Assembly (NCBI GenBank): GCA_964252075.1
Contig: CAXULY010000008.1
Span: forward strand, 1-64,000
Length of the DNA stretch: 64,000 nt
Direction of reading: 5' to 3'
Origin: an uncultured Deinococcaceae bacterium
Lineage (GTDB): Bacteria; Deinococcota; Deinococci; Deinococcales; Deinococcaceae
This document shows, piece by piece, positions 28,901-39,396 of the stretch (within the stretch, counting starts at the first letter, position 1; every line of letters begins with the position of its first letter). A model generated the notes under the pieces. The model had not been told where the DNA came from, searched no databases, and saw only the letters and a list, made by a program, of their open reading frames with translations. Both the position numbers and the translations under genes were made by a program.

Positions 28901-29569
28901 ATGGATTACGTCGGGGAACCCCGTACCATGGCTCACTCAGAGGCTCGTGCAGCGCGCCTGGAGCGGCTGCATGACGCCAACATTGCCCAGTTGACCCAGT
29001 ACGTCGAAGCGTTGCGACAGAAGACTGGTAAGGTTGACGGCGTTCCATTTATTGACCCCCTTGACGGTGGGGTCAATGCACAGGTGCTGCTGCTGCTTGA
29101 GGCACCTGGGGGCAAAGCCGCTGCGGGGGACGGGGGTGCTGGCAGTGGATTTGTCTCCCGCAACAACGACGATGCCACTGCCGCCCGTGTGTTCAAGTCC
29201 TGTGAAGCGGCAGGTCTGCCACGCGAGCAGACGCTGATCTGGAACATTGTGCCTTGGTATGTCGGCAGCGAGGGTGTGATCCGGGCTGTTACCTCTCACG
29301 AGGTGGAGGAGGGCCGTCAACACCTCCGCGAGTTGTTGACGTTCTTGGAGAGGCTGCAAGTTGTTGTGACCCTGGGCAAGCCTGCCGCCCTGGGTTGGGC
29401 TCCGCTGCGGCGCAGTTACCCTGACCTAATCACGTTAACCACTTGGCACCCGAGTTCACGTGGGCTAGCTGGTAAGCCTCAAAACGAGCAGCACATCGTT
29501 GACACGCTCACACTGGCGCGACAAATCGTAGACCATTCAAACCACAGCGCCCTTCCGCGTTGGATGTGA
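28901..29569 (+). CDS. Uracil-DNA glycosylase superfamily protein
   Basis: LLEAPG (motif A-like), GFVS, WNIVPW, VVTLG, WHPS (motif B); TACAGT 5 nt before ATG 28901. Confidence 0.85.
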   Translation: MDYVGEPRTMAHSEARAARLERLHDANIAQLTQYVEALRQKTGKVDGVPFIDPLDGGVNAQVLLLLEAPGGKAAAGDGGAGSGFVSRNNDDATAARVFKSCEAAGLPREQTLIWNIVPWYVGSEGVIRAVTSHEVEEGRQHLRELLTFLERLQVVVTLGKPAALGWAPLRRSYPDLITLTTWHPSSRGLAGKPQNEQHIVDTLTLARQIVDHSNHSALPRWM

Positions 29570-29836
29570 TCAGTAAGGGCGGGCGGCATGCGATTATGCC
29601 GCGCCTCTGCCAGACGGGTTCTTGGCGCCGCTTTTTGGCTGCAAAGTCGGTAGGGTTGTCTGCTTGGGGACGTTGACGCTGATCGCTTCTGATGCTGCAT
29701 AGATATACAAGGAACGCGTGACGGATCTCAGCGCCGAAGCTGTTGTTCGTCCCCACTCAACCAGAAGGCGTCCCACTTCTGGTCTCGCGTACCGGGTTGC
29801 GTTAACGTCGGTCCTCCAAATTGAATTCATAAGGGC

Positions 29837-29933
29837 CAGTTGCTCTACCGGCTGAGCTAACGACCCGGAGCAGAGCGTAGTCTAGTGGGGGCACAGAGGG
29901 TGTTAACGCCGCTGCGCCATGCGCCACGGTGTG
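29837..29933. repeat. Direct repeat copy 2: truncated tRNA-Lys 5' fragment with decayed promoter
   Basis: tRNA nt ~1-30, then TTAACA-16 bp-TAGACT. Confidence 0.93.
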
Positions 29934-29962
29934 CCTGAGCGGCTCCCGCTACAATCGCGGGG

Positions 29963-30580
29963 ATGCTTTACCAGCTACTCCTCAGCGGTCAGATCGTGGA
30001 GTTCGTGATCGTGGCCGCCGTTCTGCTCCTTTCCCTGACCGTCCATGAGTTCGCCCACGCCTGGACGGCGGACCGCCTGGGCGACAGCACGCCCAGGCGC
30101 TTCGGGCGCGTGACGCTCAACCCGCTCGCGCACCTCGATCCCTTCGGGGCGCTGCTGCTGGTGTTCGTGGGTTTCGGCTTCGCGCGGCCTGTGCCCGTGA
30201 ACTTCAACACCGTGGGCCGCTGGGGGGGCCTGTGGGTGGCGCTCGCGGGGCCGCTCTCGAACCTGCTCATCGCCTTGATCGGCGCGGTGCTGCTGCGCGT
30301 GGTGGGTCCTGTGGGCGTGCTGGGTGACGCGCTCGCCATCATCGTGAGCATCAACGTGCTGCTCGCGGTGTTCAACCTGCTGCCCATCCCGATGTTCGAT
30401 GGGAGTCGCGTGATTGCGGCGCTCTTCCCGCGCACGCTGGGGCGCAGCCTGCTGGAGTTCGAGACGCAGCCGTACGCCTTTGTCATCGTGCTGGTGTTCA
30501 TCCTGATTGCGCGCGGCCCCATCGGGCAGCTGATCGGGACGGTGCAGGGCTGGGTGTTCCAGCTGGTCGGCCTGGCCTGA
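29963..30580 (+). CDS. Site-2 protease (M50) family protein
   Basis: [22 protein letters not shown]. Confidence 0.93.
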   Translation: MLYQLLLSGQIVEFVIVAAVLLLSLTVHEFAHAWTADRLGDSTPRRFGRVTLNPLAHLDPFGALLLVFVGFGFARPVPVNFNTVGRWGGLWVALAGPLSNLLIALIGAVLLRVVGPVGVLGDALAIIVSINVLLAVFNLLPIPMFDGSRVIAALFPRTLGRSLLEFETQPYAFVIVLVFILIARGPIGQLIGTVQGWVFQLVGLA

Positions 30581-30593
30581 CCGGAACGGGGGA

Positions 30594-30626
30594 GGGGCGG
30601 GCCCAGCTTCGGGCCCGCCCCTTTTT
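30594..30626. terminator. Intrinsic terminator
   Basis: GGGGCGGGCCC-AGCTTC-GGGCCCGCCCC-TTTTT. Confidence 0.8.
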
Positions 30627-30631
30627 GGTCC

Positions 30632-31276
30632 TCAGCGGAGGTTGAAGAGCATCGCGACGTGCGCGCCGGACCCGCCCAGCACGAACAGGTGCCAGATCTC
30701 GTGGAAGCCGAAAATGCCGGGGCGCGGGTTCCAGCGTTTGGTGGCGTAGATGACCGCGCCCGCCGTGTACAGCGCACCGCCCACAGCCAGCCACACGAGC
30801 GCGCCGGGCGCGAGGGTGTGCACGAACTGCGGGAGGAACGCCATGGCAATCCAGCCCATGCCGAGGTACAGCGCGGTGGACAGCCAGCGGGGGAGGCGCA
30901 TCGTGATGAGTTTCAAGGTGACGCCCGCCAGCGCGATGCCCCACACGACGCCCAGCACCGCCCACCGCCAGTTGCCCGCCAGCCCGAAGTACGCAATCGG
31001 GGTGTAGCTGCCCGCGATGAGCAGGAAGATGGCGCTGTGATCGAGTTTGCGCAGCCACAGCAGCGCGCGCTCGGACACGTGGAAGCTGTGGTAGCTGGCG
31101 CTCGCGAGGTACAGCATCAGGAAGCTCAGGCCGAAAATCGCGAAGGGCCAGGGGCTCAGGCCGTGCGTGACGGCCCACACGATCAGCCCGGCGGTGATGG
31201 GGAGGGCGAGCAGCACGCCCGCCCAGTGCGTGAGGCTGTTGATGGGCTCGCGCAGGGCGGCGTAGAGGCGCTTCAT
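30632..31276 (-). CDS. Hemolysin III/PAQR family membrane protein
   Basis: [36 protein letters not shown]. Confidence 0.93.
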   Translation of the reverse strand: MKRLYAALREPINSLTHWAGVLLALPITAGLIVWAVTHGLSPWPFAIFGLSFLMLYLASASYHSFHVSERALLWLRKLDHSAIFLLIAGSYTPIAYFGLAGNWRWAVLGVVWGIALAGVTLKLITMRLPRWLSTALYLGMGWIAMAFLPQFVHTLAPGALVWLAVGGALYTAGAVIYATKRWNPRPGIFGFHEIWHLFVLGGSGAHVAMLFNLR

Positions 31277-31310
31277 GCTTCAGTGTACGCGCGGGGTGTG
31301 ATGGTTCCCT

Positions 31311-31349
31311 GAACAAATGGGGCGCCCGAACCGGGCGCCCCATTTGTTC
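31311..31349 (-). terminator. Terminator after guaB
   Basis: GAACAAATGGGGCGCCC-GAACC-GGGCGCCCCATTTGTTC. Confidence 0.7.
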
Positions 31350-31358
31350 CGTCGCGCG

Positions 31359-33025
<1,667 letters not shown>

Positions 33026-33031
33026 AGAAAG

Positions 33032-33061
33032 GGAAGCCGCCGCAAGGCGGCTTCCTTCTTT
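33032..33061 (+). terminator. Intrinsic terminator after tRNA-Ala
   Basis: GGAAGCCGCC-GCAA-GGCGGCTTCC-TTCTTT. Confidence 0.85.
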
Positions 33062-33215
33062 GAATCCCGGCCCAGCGGAGGCGCGGTGTTGAGGGATGGA
33101 TGGCGTTCCGTTGCTCGGAGTCCGCGACGCACGGTGCAGAGGTGAGCGCCAGGATGCGATAGGTCCCGTGTCCCTGACCGTGATGACCCTCAACCAAGCG
33201 GGCTCGGGGCGGCGG

Positions 33216-33548
33216 TCACGCGTGCTTCGCCGCGCCACCCAGGTTCAGCACCGCGACGCCCGCGATGATGAGCGCGATGCCCGCGAGCGCCACCCAGTTG
33301 AAGGCGTCGCGGAAGTACACCCAGCCAATGAGCGCCGTGAGGGCCGTGCCCACCCCGGACCAGATGGCGTACGTGACGCCCAGCGGAATGCTGCGCAGCG
33401 CCTGCGACATCAGGTAGAAGGCCAGCGCGTACCCCAGCGCCACCACCACCGCGGGGCCCAGCCGCGTGAAGCCGGCGGAGGCGCGCAGGGCGCTCGTGCC
33501 GATCACCTCGGCCACGATGGCGAGGGAAAGCAGCAGGTACGGGTTCAC
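33216..33548 (-). CDS. SMR (EmrE/QacE-like) small multidrug efflux protein
   Basis: AIVAEVIGTSAL (conserved Glu), YAIWSGVG, 4 TM. Confidence 0.92.
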   Translation of the reverse strand: MNPYLLLSLAIVAEVIGTSALRASAGFTRLGPAVVVALGYALAFYLMSQALRSIPLGVTYAIWSGVGTALTALIGWVYFRDAFNWVALAGIALIIAGVAVLNLGGAAKHA

Positions 33549-34078
33549 GCGTCGCCCCGCGTGAGGCGCTCCACGGTGTCGCGCACCTGCGCGCGCGTCA
33601 CGTCGTCCGGCGCGCCTAGCCCGAGGAGGTCCGCCAGCCATAGGCCGTCCGCCGCGAGCGCGATCAGGGTGCCGAGGCCGGGCGGGAGGCCGTCCGCTTC
33701 TGCGCGCGCCCGCCACCCGGCGTAGCGGTCCCGCACGGGGGCGAGCAGGTTCGGGTTCAGGGCGATGGCGCCGATCACGGCGGCGGACGCGTCCGGTTGC
33801 GGGTCGCCGTCCAGCGTGACGGTGAAGTTCGCGCGCGCGAACCGCCCGAGCGGCTGCGGGTCCGTCGCCTCGCGCGCGGTGAGCGCCTGCTCGAAGGCGC
33901 CGAGGTGCGCGTCGAGGGCGGCCATCAGGAGGGCGTCCTTGCTGGGGTAGTGGTACAGCAGGCCGCCCTTGCTGACGCCCGCCTCGCGCGCTACGGCGTC
34001 GAGGGTGAGGCGGGCGGCACCGTCTCGCGTGATGACGCGCGTCGCGGCGTCCAGAATTGCTTCCTGAGTGGCTGTCAT
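33545..34078 (-). CDS. TetR family regulator
   Basis: LTLDAVAREAGVSKGGLLYHYPSK. Confidence 0.93.
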   Translation of the reverse strand: MTATQEAILDAATRVITRDGAARLTLDAVAREAGVSKGGLLYHYPSKDALLMAALDAHLGAFEQALTAREATDPQPLGRFARANFTVTLDGDPQPDASAAVIGAIALNPNLLAPVRDRYAGWRARAEADGLPPGLGTLIALAADGLWLADLLGLGAPDDVTRAQVRDTVERLTRGDA

Positions 34079-34082
34079 AAAA

Positions 34083-34110
34083 GCACTATACCGTCTGGAC
34101 GGTATAGTGC
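34083..34110. promoter_or_regulatory. 28-bp palindrome, probable TetR operator overlapping the tetR -10 box
   Basis: GCACTATACCGTC-TG-GACGGTATAGTGC. Confidence 0.8.
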
Positions 34111-34204
34111 CAATTGGGGCGCACACAATCTTGTTGCTAGCGCCCGCAGCGCGCCTCCCCGGGCATTCCGAGCGCAAGGCCCCATCCCCCTCTACAATTG
34201 GGCG

Positions 34205-35251
34205 GTGTGGCTGCGCGCCTTAACAACCCACAACTACCGCAACCTCGCCCCCGACACGCTGCACTTCGAGCAGGGCGTGAACGGCGTGTGGGGTCAGAAC
34301 GGCGCGGGCAAGACGAACCTGCTGGAAGCCGCGTACCTTGCCCTCACCGGCCTGACGGACGTGACGCGCCTCGAACAGCTCGTGACGCGCGGTGAACGCG
34401 AAGCCTACGTGCGCGCCGAACTGCTCGGCGAGAGCGGCCTCAGCGTCCTCGAAGTCGGGCTGGGGCGCGGGCGGCGCGTGCTGAAAGCGGACGGCGTACG
34501 CGTGCGCGGCGGTGACCTGCCGCGCGGCAGCGCCGTCTGGATCCGCCCGGAGGACAGCGCCCTCGTGCTCGGCTCCCCCTCCGGGCGCCGCGCGTTCCTC
34601 GACGCGCTCCTCTCGCGCCTCAGCCAGCGCTACGCGCACGCCCTCACCCTCTACGAACGCAACCTCGCGCAGCGCAACGCCGCCCTCCGCTCCCGCGAGG
34701 GCTGGGCGCTCGAAGTGTGGGACCTGAAACTCGCGGAACTCGGTGGCGAGATCATGCGCCTGCGCCGCCGCATCGCCATTCGCCTCGGCGAACTCGCGCA
34801 GGACGCGCACCGCGCGCTCGGCGGCGTGAAACCCCTCATGATCGGCCTCAGCGAGAGCACCGACCCGGACACCTTCGCGGAGGACCTCGCGCGGCGCCGC
34901 GACGAGGAACTCGCGCGCGGCACCACCGTCGTCGGCCCGCACCGCGACGACCTCACCCTGCACCTCGACGACTTCCCCGCCGGGGAGTACGCGAGCCGCG
35001 GCGAGGCGCGCACCATCGCGCTCGCCCTGCGCAAGGCGGAACTCGACCTCATCACGGAACGCTACGGCGAACCGCCTGTGCTGCTCATTGATGACTACAG
35101 CGCCGAACTCGACCCGGGACGCCGCGCGTACCTGCTGGACCTCGCGGGCAGCGTCCCGCAGTCCATCGTGACCGGCACGGACGCCGCGCCGGGAGCCGTC
35201 CGCGTGTGGCGCGTGCAGGACGGGCATTTCGCGCCGGAGGTGCAGGCATGA
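34205..35251 (+). CDS. recF: DNA replication/repair protein RecF
   Basis: NYRNL, GQNGAGKTNLLEA, GPHRDDL, SRGE, LIDD; TACAAT 6 nt before GTG. Confidence 0.95.
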   Translation: MWLRALTTHNYRNLAPDTLHFEQGVNGVWGQNGAGKTNLLEAAYLALTGLTDVTRLEQLVTRGEREAYVRAELLGESGLSVLEVGLGRGRRVLKADGVRVRGGDLPRGSAVWIRPEDSALVLGSPSGRRAFLDALLSRLSQRYAHALTLYERNLAQRNAALRSREGWALEVWDLKLAELGGEIMRLRRRIAIRLGELAQDAHRALGGVKPLMIGLSESTDPDTFAEDLARRRDEELARGTTVVGPHRDDLTLHLDDFPAGEYASRGEARTIALALRKAELDLITERYGEPPVLLIDDYSAELDPGRRAYLLDLAGSVPQSIVTGTDAAPGAVRVWRVQDGHFAPEVQA

Positions 35252-36096
35252 GGAAAGGCCGCAGCGGTAACGTCGACTGGCGCACCCTCCTGGCGCGTTC
35301 CCTCGACCGGAACCGCCTCAGCACCGGCATTCAGCGCGCCCGCGCCATCCTGGTGTGGCCGGAGGCGGTCGGCCCAGAACTCGCCCGCATGACGCGCGCC
35401 CGCAGCCTCCAGGGCGGCACCCTGGTCGTGGAGGCGCGCGACTCCGTCCTCGCGAACTTCCTCACCCTGCAGCGCCCCATGTTCCTGGACCGCCTGAATG
35501 CGCGCCTCGGGGACCGCCCCGTCGCGGAACTGCGCTTCGTGGTGGGGCAGATCGAGGCGCCGCGTGAGGAGCGCCCCCCCACGCCGCTCCCCGCGCCGGA
35601 CGCCCGGCGCGCCGCGGAACTCGTCGCGGAGGTGGGCGAGGACCTGCGCCCCGCCGCCCTGAAGGCCGCCGAGGCCATCACGCGCGCGCGCAAGTGGCGC
35701 GAGACGCAGGGCTGGCGGCCCTGCCCCAGCTGCGGCGAGCTGTCCAGCGCGCACCCCTGCCTCGCCTGTCAGGTGAGTTTCGACAACCCCCTCGTGCGCC
35801 GCGAGAGCGGCCTCCTCATCCGCACGCCCGAACGCCTTGGGCAGCTTGGCGCCACGCTCGGCGAAAGTGGCGCGGACGCCGCGCGTTACCTCGCCATGCA
35901 GGGCCTCGCGGAGCAACTCGAGATGCTCGCGCTGGAGTGCGTACGTGAGGGCGGCGCCGCCGAATACAAGGAGTTCCTGCGCGCGCAGTGCGAGGCGTGG
36001 CTCGCGCTGCACCACCGCAAGACGCGGCGGGAACTCGTGCGCGCGGACTGGCGGGCGCTGCCGGATCACCCACGGCACGTGCTGGACGCGCGCTAG
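35248..36096 (+). CDS. DUF721/DciA family protein with Cys-rich (Zn) extension
   Basis: WPEAVG..TRA..GTLVV; CPSC..CLAC; directly downstream of recF. Confidence 0.8.
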   Translation: MRKGRSGNVDWRTLLARSLDRNRLSTGIQRARAILVWPEAVGPELARMTRARSLQGGTLVVEARDSVLANFLTLQRPMFLDRLNARLGDRPVAELRFVVGQIEAPREERPPTPLPAPDARRAAELVAEVGEDLRPAALKAAEAITRARKWRETQGWRPCPSCGELSSAHPCLACQVSFDNPLVRRESGLLIRTPERLGQLGATLGESGADAARYLAMQGLAEQLEMLALECVREGGAAEYKEFLRAQCEAWLALHHRKTRRELVRADWRALPDHPRHVLDAR

Positions 36097-36305
36097 GGGA
36101 GAAGGGCGGCACAGTGCGTGCGATCATCAATGGCTGGTTTCAAGGAGGGGCGCATCCGCGTCTGGGAGTGCGGGGTAACTTCCACCATCGGCCCACGGAG
36201 CGCTGGGGTCGCTTTCGGGACTTAATAGGCGGCGATCGTTTGCTTGCCGTAGCGCCGCGTCGTGGGGCTTCCCAGTTCCTACCCGCGTCACTACAATGTG
36301 TCGAA

Positions 36306-36566
36306 GTGCGGATTTTCTGGGGCATCCTGACGGCGCTGCTCGCCCTGGCGGGCCTCGCGGTGGCGCCGCTCGCCATCGCGGCCTTTGCGGGCATCAACCC
36401 CGCCGCGCCGGACGCATTGCGGCTGCTGTCCGCCCTGGAAGGCACCGTCTCGGCGGTCGTCATGACGCGCTTTCACTTCACGCTGGACGCCTTCTGGCGG
36501 GGCGCCGCGTACATGGGCGTGGCGTGCCTCCTGATCTGGCTGGCGGCGTACGTCAAGCCGCGCTGA
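36306..36566 (+). CDS. Small membrane protein
   Basis: Two hydrophobic helices; TACAAT upstream of GTG. Confidence 0.65.
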   Translation: MRIFWGILTALLALAGLAVAPLAIAAFAGINPAAPDALRLLSALEGTVSAVVMTRFHFTLDAFWRGAAYMGVACLLIWLAAYVKPR

Positions 36567-36724
36567 CACGAAGTCCACATGCGCCGCGCGCCCCTCGCAC
36601 CGCTCAAAATCCTCACGCCGGGTGCGTGTTAGCATACGGTGCTCGCCGCGAGGTGGGTCGAGGGCGCGCGCGCCGCGTGCGCCCGATCCACGCGCGGCCT
36701 GAAGGCCGTCACAGAGGAGATCAC

Positions 36725-37765
36725 GTGAGATTTTCGGAAGACATTGGCATTGACCTCGGAACGGCGACGTTCCTGATTTACAGCAAGAACCGCGGCCTGG
36801 TCCTCCAGGAACCCAGCGTGATCGCCATGACGCGCGACAGTAAGGAAGTCGTCGCGGTGGGCGAGGAAGCCTACCGCATGCTGGGCCGCACGCCCGGAAG
36901 CATCGTCGCGGTCCGCCCCATCAAGGACGGCGTGATCGCCGACGACGCCCTCACCGAGAAGATGATCACCATGTTCCTGCGCAAGGTGCAGGGCGGCGCG
37001 GGCCGACTGTTCGGCTTCAAGCCGCAACTCATGGTGGGCGTGCCGAGCGGCGTGACGGACGTGGAGAAGCGCGCGGTGCTGCGCGCCGCGCTGAACGCCA
37101 ACGCCAAACGCGCCTTCCTGATTGAGGAGCCGCTCGCCGCCGCGATCGGCGCGGGCCTCAAGATCGCGGAGCCGGTGGGCAGCATGGTGGTGGACATCGG
37201 CGGCGGCAGCACGGACGTCGCCGTGATCTCCCTGGGCGGCATCGTGGTGAGTGAGTCGCTGCGCGTCGCGGGCAACGAGTTCGACGAGAGCATCATCCGT
37301 TTCGTGCGCCGCGCTCACAACGTCATGATTGGTGAGCGCACCGCCGAGGAGATCAAGGTGAAGGTCGGCGCCGCGATGCTGATGCGCCCCGAGGACAACC
37401 TCGTCGCGGAGGTGCGCGGGCGTGACCTCGTGAACGGCCTGCCGCGCACCGTGCAGCTGCAGTCCGCGGACATCGTGGAGGCGCTTCAGGAGCCCGTCAG
37501 CAAGATCGTGGAGGGTGTGAAGCGCGTGCTGGAAAGCACCCCGCCGGAACTCGTGAGCGACATCATCGACCGCGGCATCGTCATGACGGGCGGCGGCAGC
37601 CTCCTGCGTCACTTCGACGAGCTGCTGCGTCAGGCGACGGGCATTCCCGTGGCGGTCGCGGAGAACGCCACGGAGGCCGTCGCGGTCGGGACGGGCATGG
37701 CACTCGAGATGATTCACGTGCTGCGCCACCACCTGATCTCCAGCGAGAACTACCTGCGCAGGTAA
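36725..37765 (+). CDS. mreB: Rod shape-determining protein MreB
   Basis: IGIDLGT, IEEPLAAAIGAG, DIGGGSTD, TGGGSLL. Confidence 0.96.
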   Translation: MRFSEDIGIDLGTATFLIYSKNRGLVLQEPSVIAMTRDSKEVVAVGEEAYRMLGRTPGSIVAVRPIKDGVIADDALTEKMITMFLRKVQGGAGRLFGFKPQLMVGVPSGVTDVEKRAVLRAALNANAKRAFLIEEPLAAAIGAGLKIAEPVGSMVVDIGGGSTDVAVISLGGIVVSESLRVAGNEFDESIIRFVRRAHNVMIGERTAEEIKVKVGAAMLMRPEDNLVAEVRGRDLVNGLPRTVQLQSADIVEALQEPVSKIVEGVKRVLESTPPELVSDIIDRGIVMTGGGSLLRHFDELLRQATGIPVAVAENATEAVAVGTGMALEMIHVLRHHLISSENYLRR

Positions 37766-37816
37766 GCTGAGGTGGGCGCCCCTGCCTCTGGCTGGGTGCC
37801 CACACCCCACGGACTT

Positions 37817-38260
37817 ATGACCGACACCCAACCCAGCCATCTGACCATTCAGGACGTGCTCAAGGTCCTGCCGCACCGTTACCCTTTCATGCTGGTGGAC
37901 CGCGTGCTGTCCCACGGCGGTGGCGTGGTGCACGCCATCAAGAACGTGTCCATCGGCGAGCCGTTCTTCCAGGGGCACTTCCCGCAGGAGCCCGTCATGC
38001 CGGGCGTGCTGATCATTGAGGCGCTCGCGCAGGCCAGCATGTTCGCCATCGAGATCGCGCCGGGCAGCATCGGGTACCTCGCGGGCCTGGAGGGCGTGCG
38101 CTTCAAACGCAAGGTGGTGCCCGGCGACGTGCTGCACCTGCACGTCAGGCTGGAATTCCTGCGGCGCGGCCTCGGCAAGACGGTGTGCCGCGCCGAGGTG
38201 GACGGCGAGGTGGCCGCCGAGGCGACGGTGCTGTTCGCGCTGAGCAAACCCGCTTCATGA
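37817..38260 (+). CDS. fabZ: 3-hydroxyacyl-ACP dehydratase
   Basis: LPHRYPFMLVDR, GHFP..PVMPGVLIIEALAQ. Confidence 0.96.
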   Translation: MTDTQPSHLTIQDVLKVLPHRYPFMLVDRVLSHGGGVVHAIKNVSIGEPFFQGHFPQEPVMPGVLIIEALAQASMFAIEIAPGSIGYLAGLEGVRFKRKVVPGDVLHLHVRLEFLRRGLGKTVCRAEVDGEVAAEATVLFALSKPAS

Positions 38261-39396
38261 CCGCGCGCCTCACCCGGTACCTCACGCGCGAGTTCGTGCC
38301 GCCCCTCATCGCGGGCGCGGCGCTCTTCACGGCGGTCCTGAGCTTCGGGTACTTCTTCATCTCCAGTCAGTACCTGAAGGGCGTGCCGCTCGGCCTCGTG
38401 CTGGAGTGGATCGCGTACCAGGTGCCCGACACGCTCTCCAAGATCCTGCCGATGGCGGTGGTGCTGATGGTGGTGGTCGGCTTCGGGCGGCTCTCCACGG
38501 AGCGCGAACTGATCGCCATGCAGTCTGGCGGGCTCTCCCTGGGCCGCGCCAGCATTCCCGCCGTGGTGATCGCCGTGCTGGTGACCATCGTGGCCGTCTG
38601 GATGAGCCTGTGGGTGGCGCCGAGCGCGAACGTCGCGGCGCGCAGCCTGTACTGGGACACCCTCACGGGCGGCGGGCTGCAGCAGCTGGGCGGCCGGACC
38701 ACGTCGCTCGGGCAGGGCCTGGAGCTGTACTTCGACGGGTACGACACGCAGTCGAAACGCATGCGCGGCGTGCGGCTGCAGCAGTGGACGGGCCGGCAGG
38801 CCACCATCATCTTCGCGGACAGCGGGGACTTCCAGGGGAACACCATCACCCTCACGGGCTACCAGGGGTACACCGTGAATTACGACGCCGTGCGCGCCCT
38901 GGACGCCGTGCCGGACAACGACCCGCAGGCCTTCCGCGCGGCGGTGCAGAACGTTTTCACGGGCGAGAACGTCGCGCCGAACGCCCAGGCCACCCTGGAG
39001 ATCGACACCGGCCTGTCGCGCGCGCAGACCATCGCGCAGTACGCCGACGCGGTCGGCGCGGACGCCAGCAGCTGGTCCTCCCTGACGCGCACCCTGCACG
39101 ACCCGAAGACCACCCCCGTGGAGAAGCGGGCGGCGCGGCTGGACCTGAACCGCAAACTCGCGCTGCCCTTCGGGAACCTTGTGCTGGTCCTTGCGGCGCT
39201 GCCCTTCGCGCTGCGGTATGGGCGCTCGACCGGCACCGCGCTGGGCGTCGCGCTGCTGATCGCGGTCGCGTACTACCTGCTGTTCTTCGTGGGCCTCGCG
39301 CTCGCGGGCGCCGTGCCGGCCCTCACGGAAGTGGGGGTGTGGTTCGCGAACATCGTGTTCGCGATTGCCGGACTCCTGCTGCTGAGGCGCACGTGA
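38257..39396 (+). CDS. LptF/LptG (YjgP/YjgQ) family permease
   Basis: RYLTREF, RLSTERELIAMQSGG, RKLALPF, W(F)AN; 3+3 TM with a periplasmic domain. Confidence 0.88.
   Translation: MTARLTRYLTREFVPPLIAGAALFTAVLSFGYFFISSQYLKGVPLGLVLEWIAYQVPDTLSKILPMAVVLMVVVGFGRLSTERELIAMQSGGLSLGRASIPAVVIAVLVTIVAVWMSLWVAPSANVAARSLYWDTLTGGGLQQLGGRTTSLGQGLELYFDGYDTQSKRMRGVRLQQWTGRQATIIFADSGDFQGNTITLTGYQGYTVNYDAVRALDAVPDNDPQAFRAAVQNVFTGENVAPNAQATLEIDTGLSRAQTIAQYADAVGADASSWSSLTRTLHDPKTTPVEKRAARLDLNRKLALPFGNLVLVLAALPFALRYGRSTGTALGVALLIAVAYYLLFFVGLALAGAVPALTEVGVWFANIVFAIAGLLLLRRT

Larger units (their letters stand above)
28175..29836. mobile_element. Small tRNA-Lys-integrated genomic islet with no integrase visible
   Basis: Flanked by ~97-bp direct repeats containing tRNA sequence; visibly more AT-rich with non-host codon usage. 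Confidence 0.8.

Noticed and set aside
28175..29836. Integrase or transposase inside the islet
   Set aside because: No tyrosine/serine recombinase or DDE motifs are recognisable in the listed frames
33088..33194. GTTGAGGG...CCCTCAAC inverted repeat after tRNA-Ala (possible MITE or att scar)
   Set aside because: Only 8 bp long, with no second copy, no target duplication and no tRNA fragment seen
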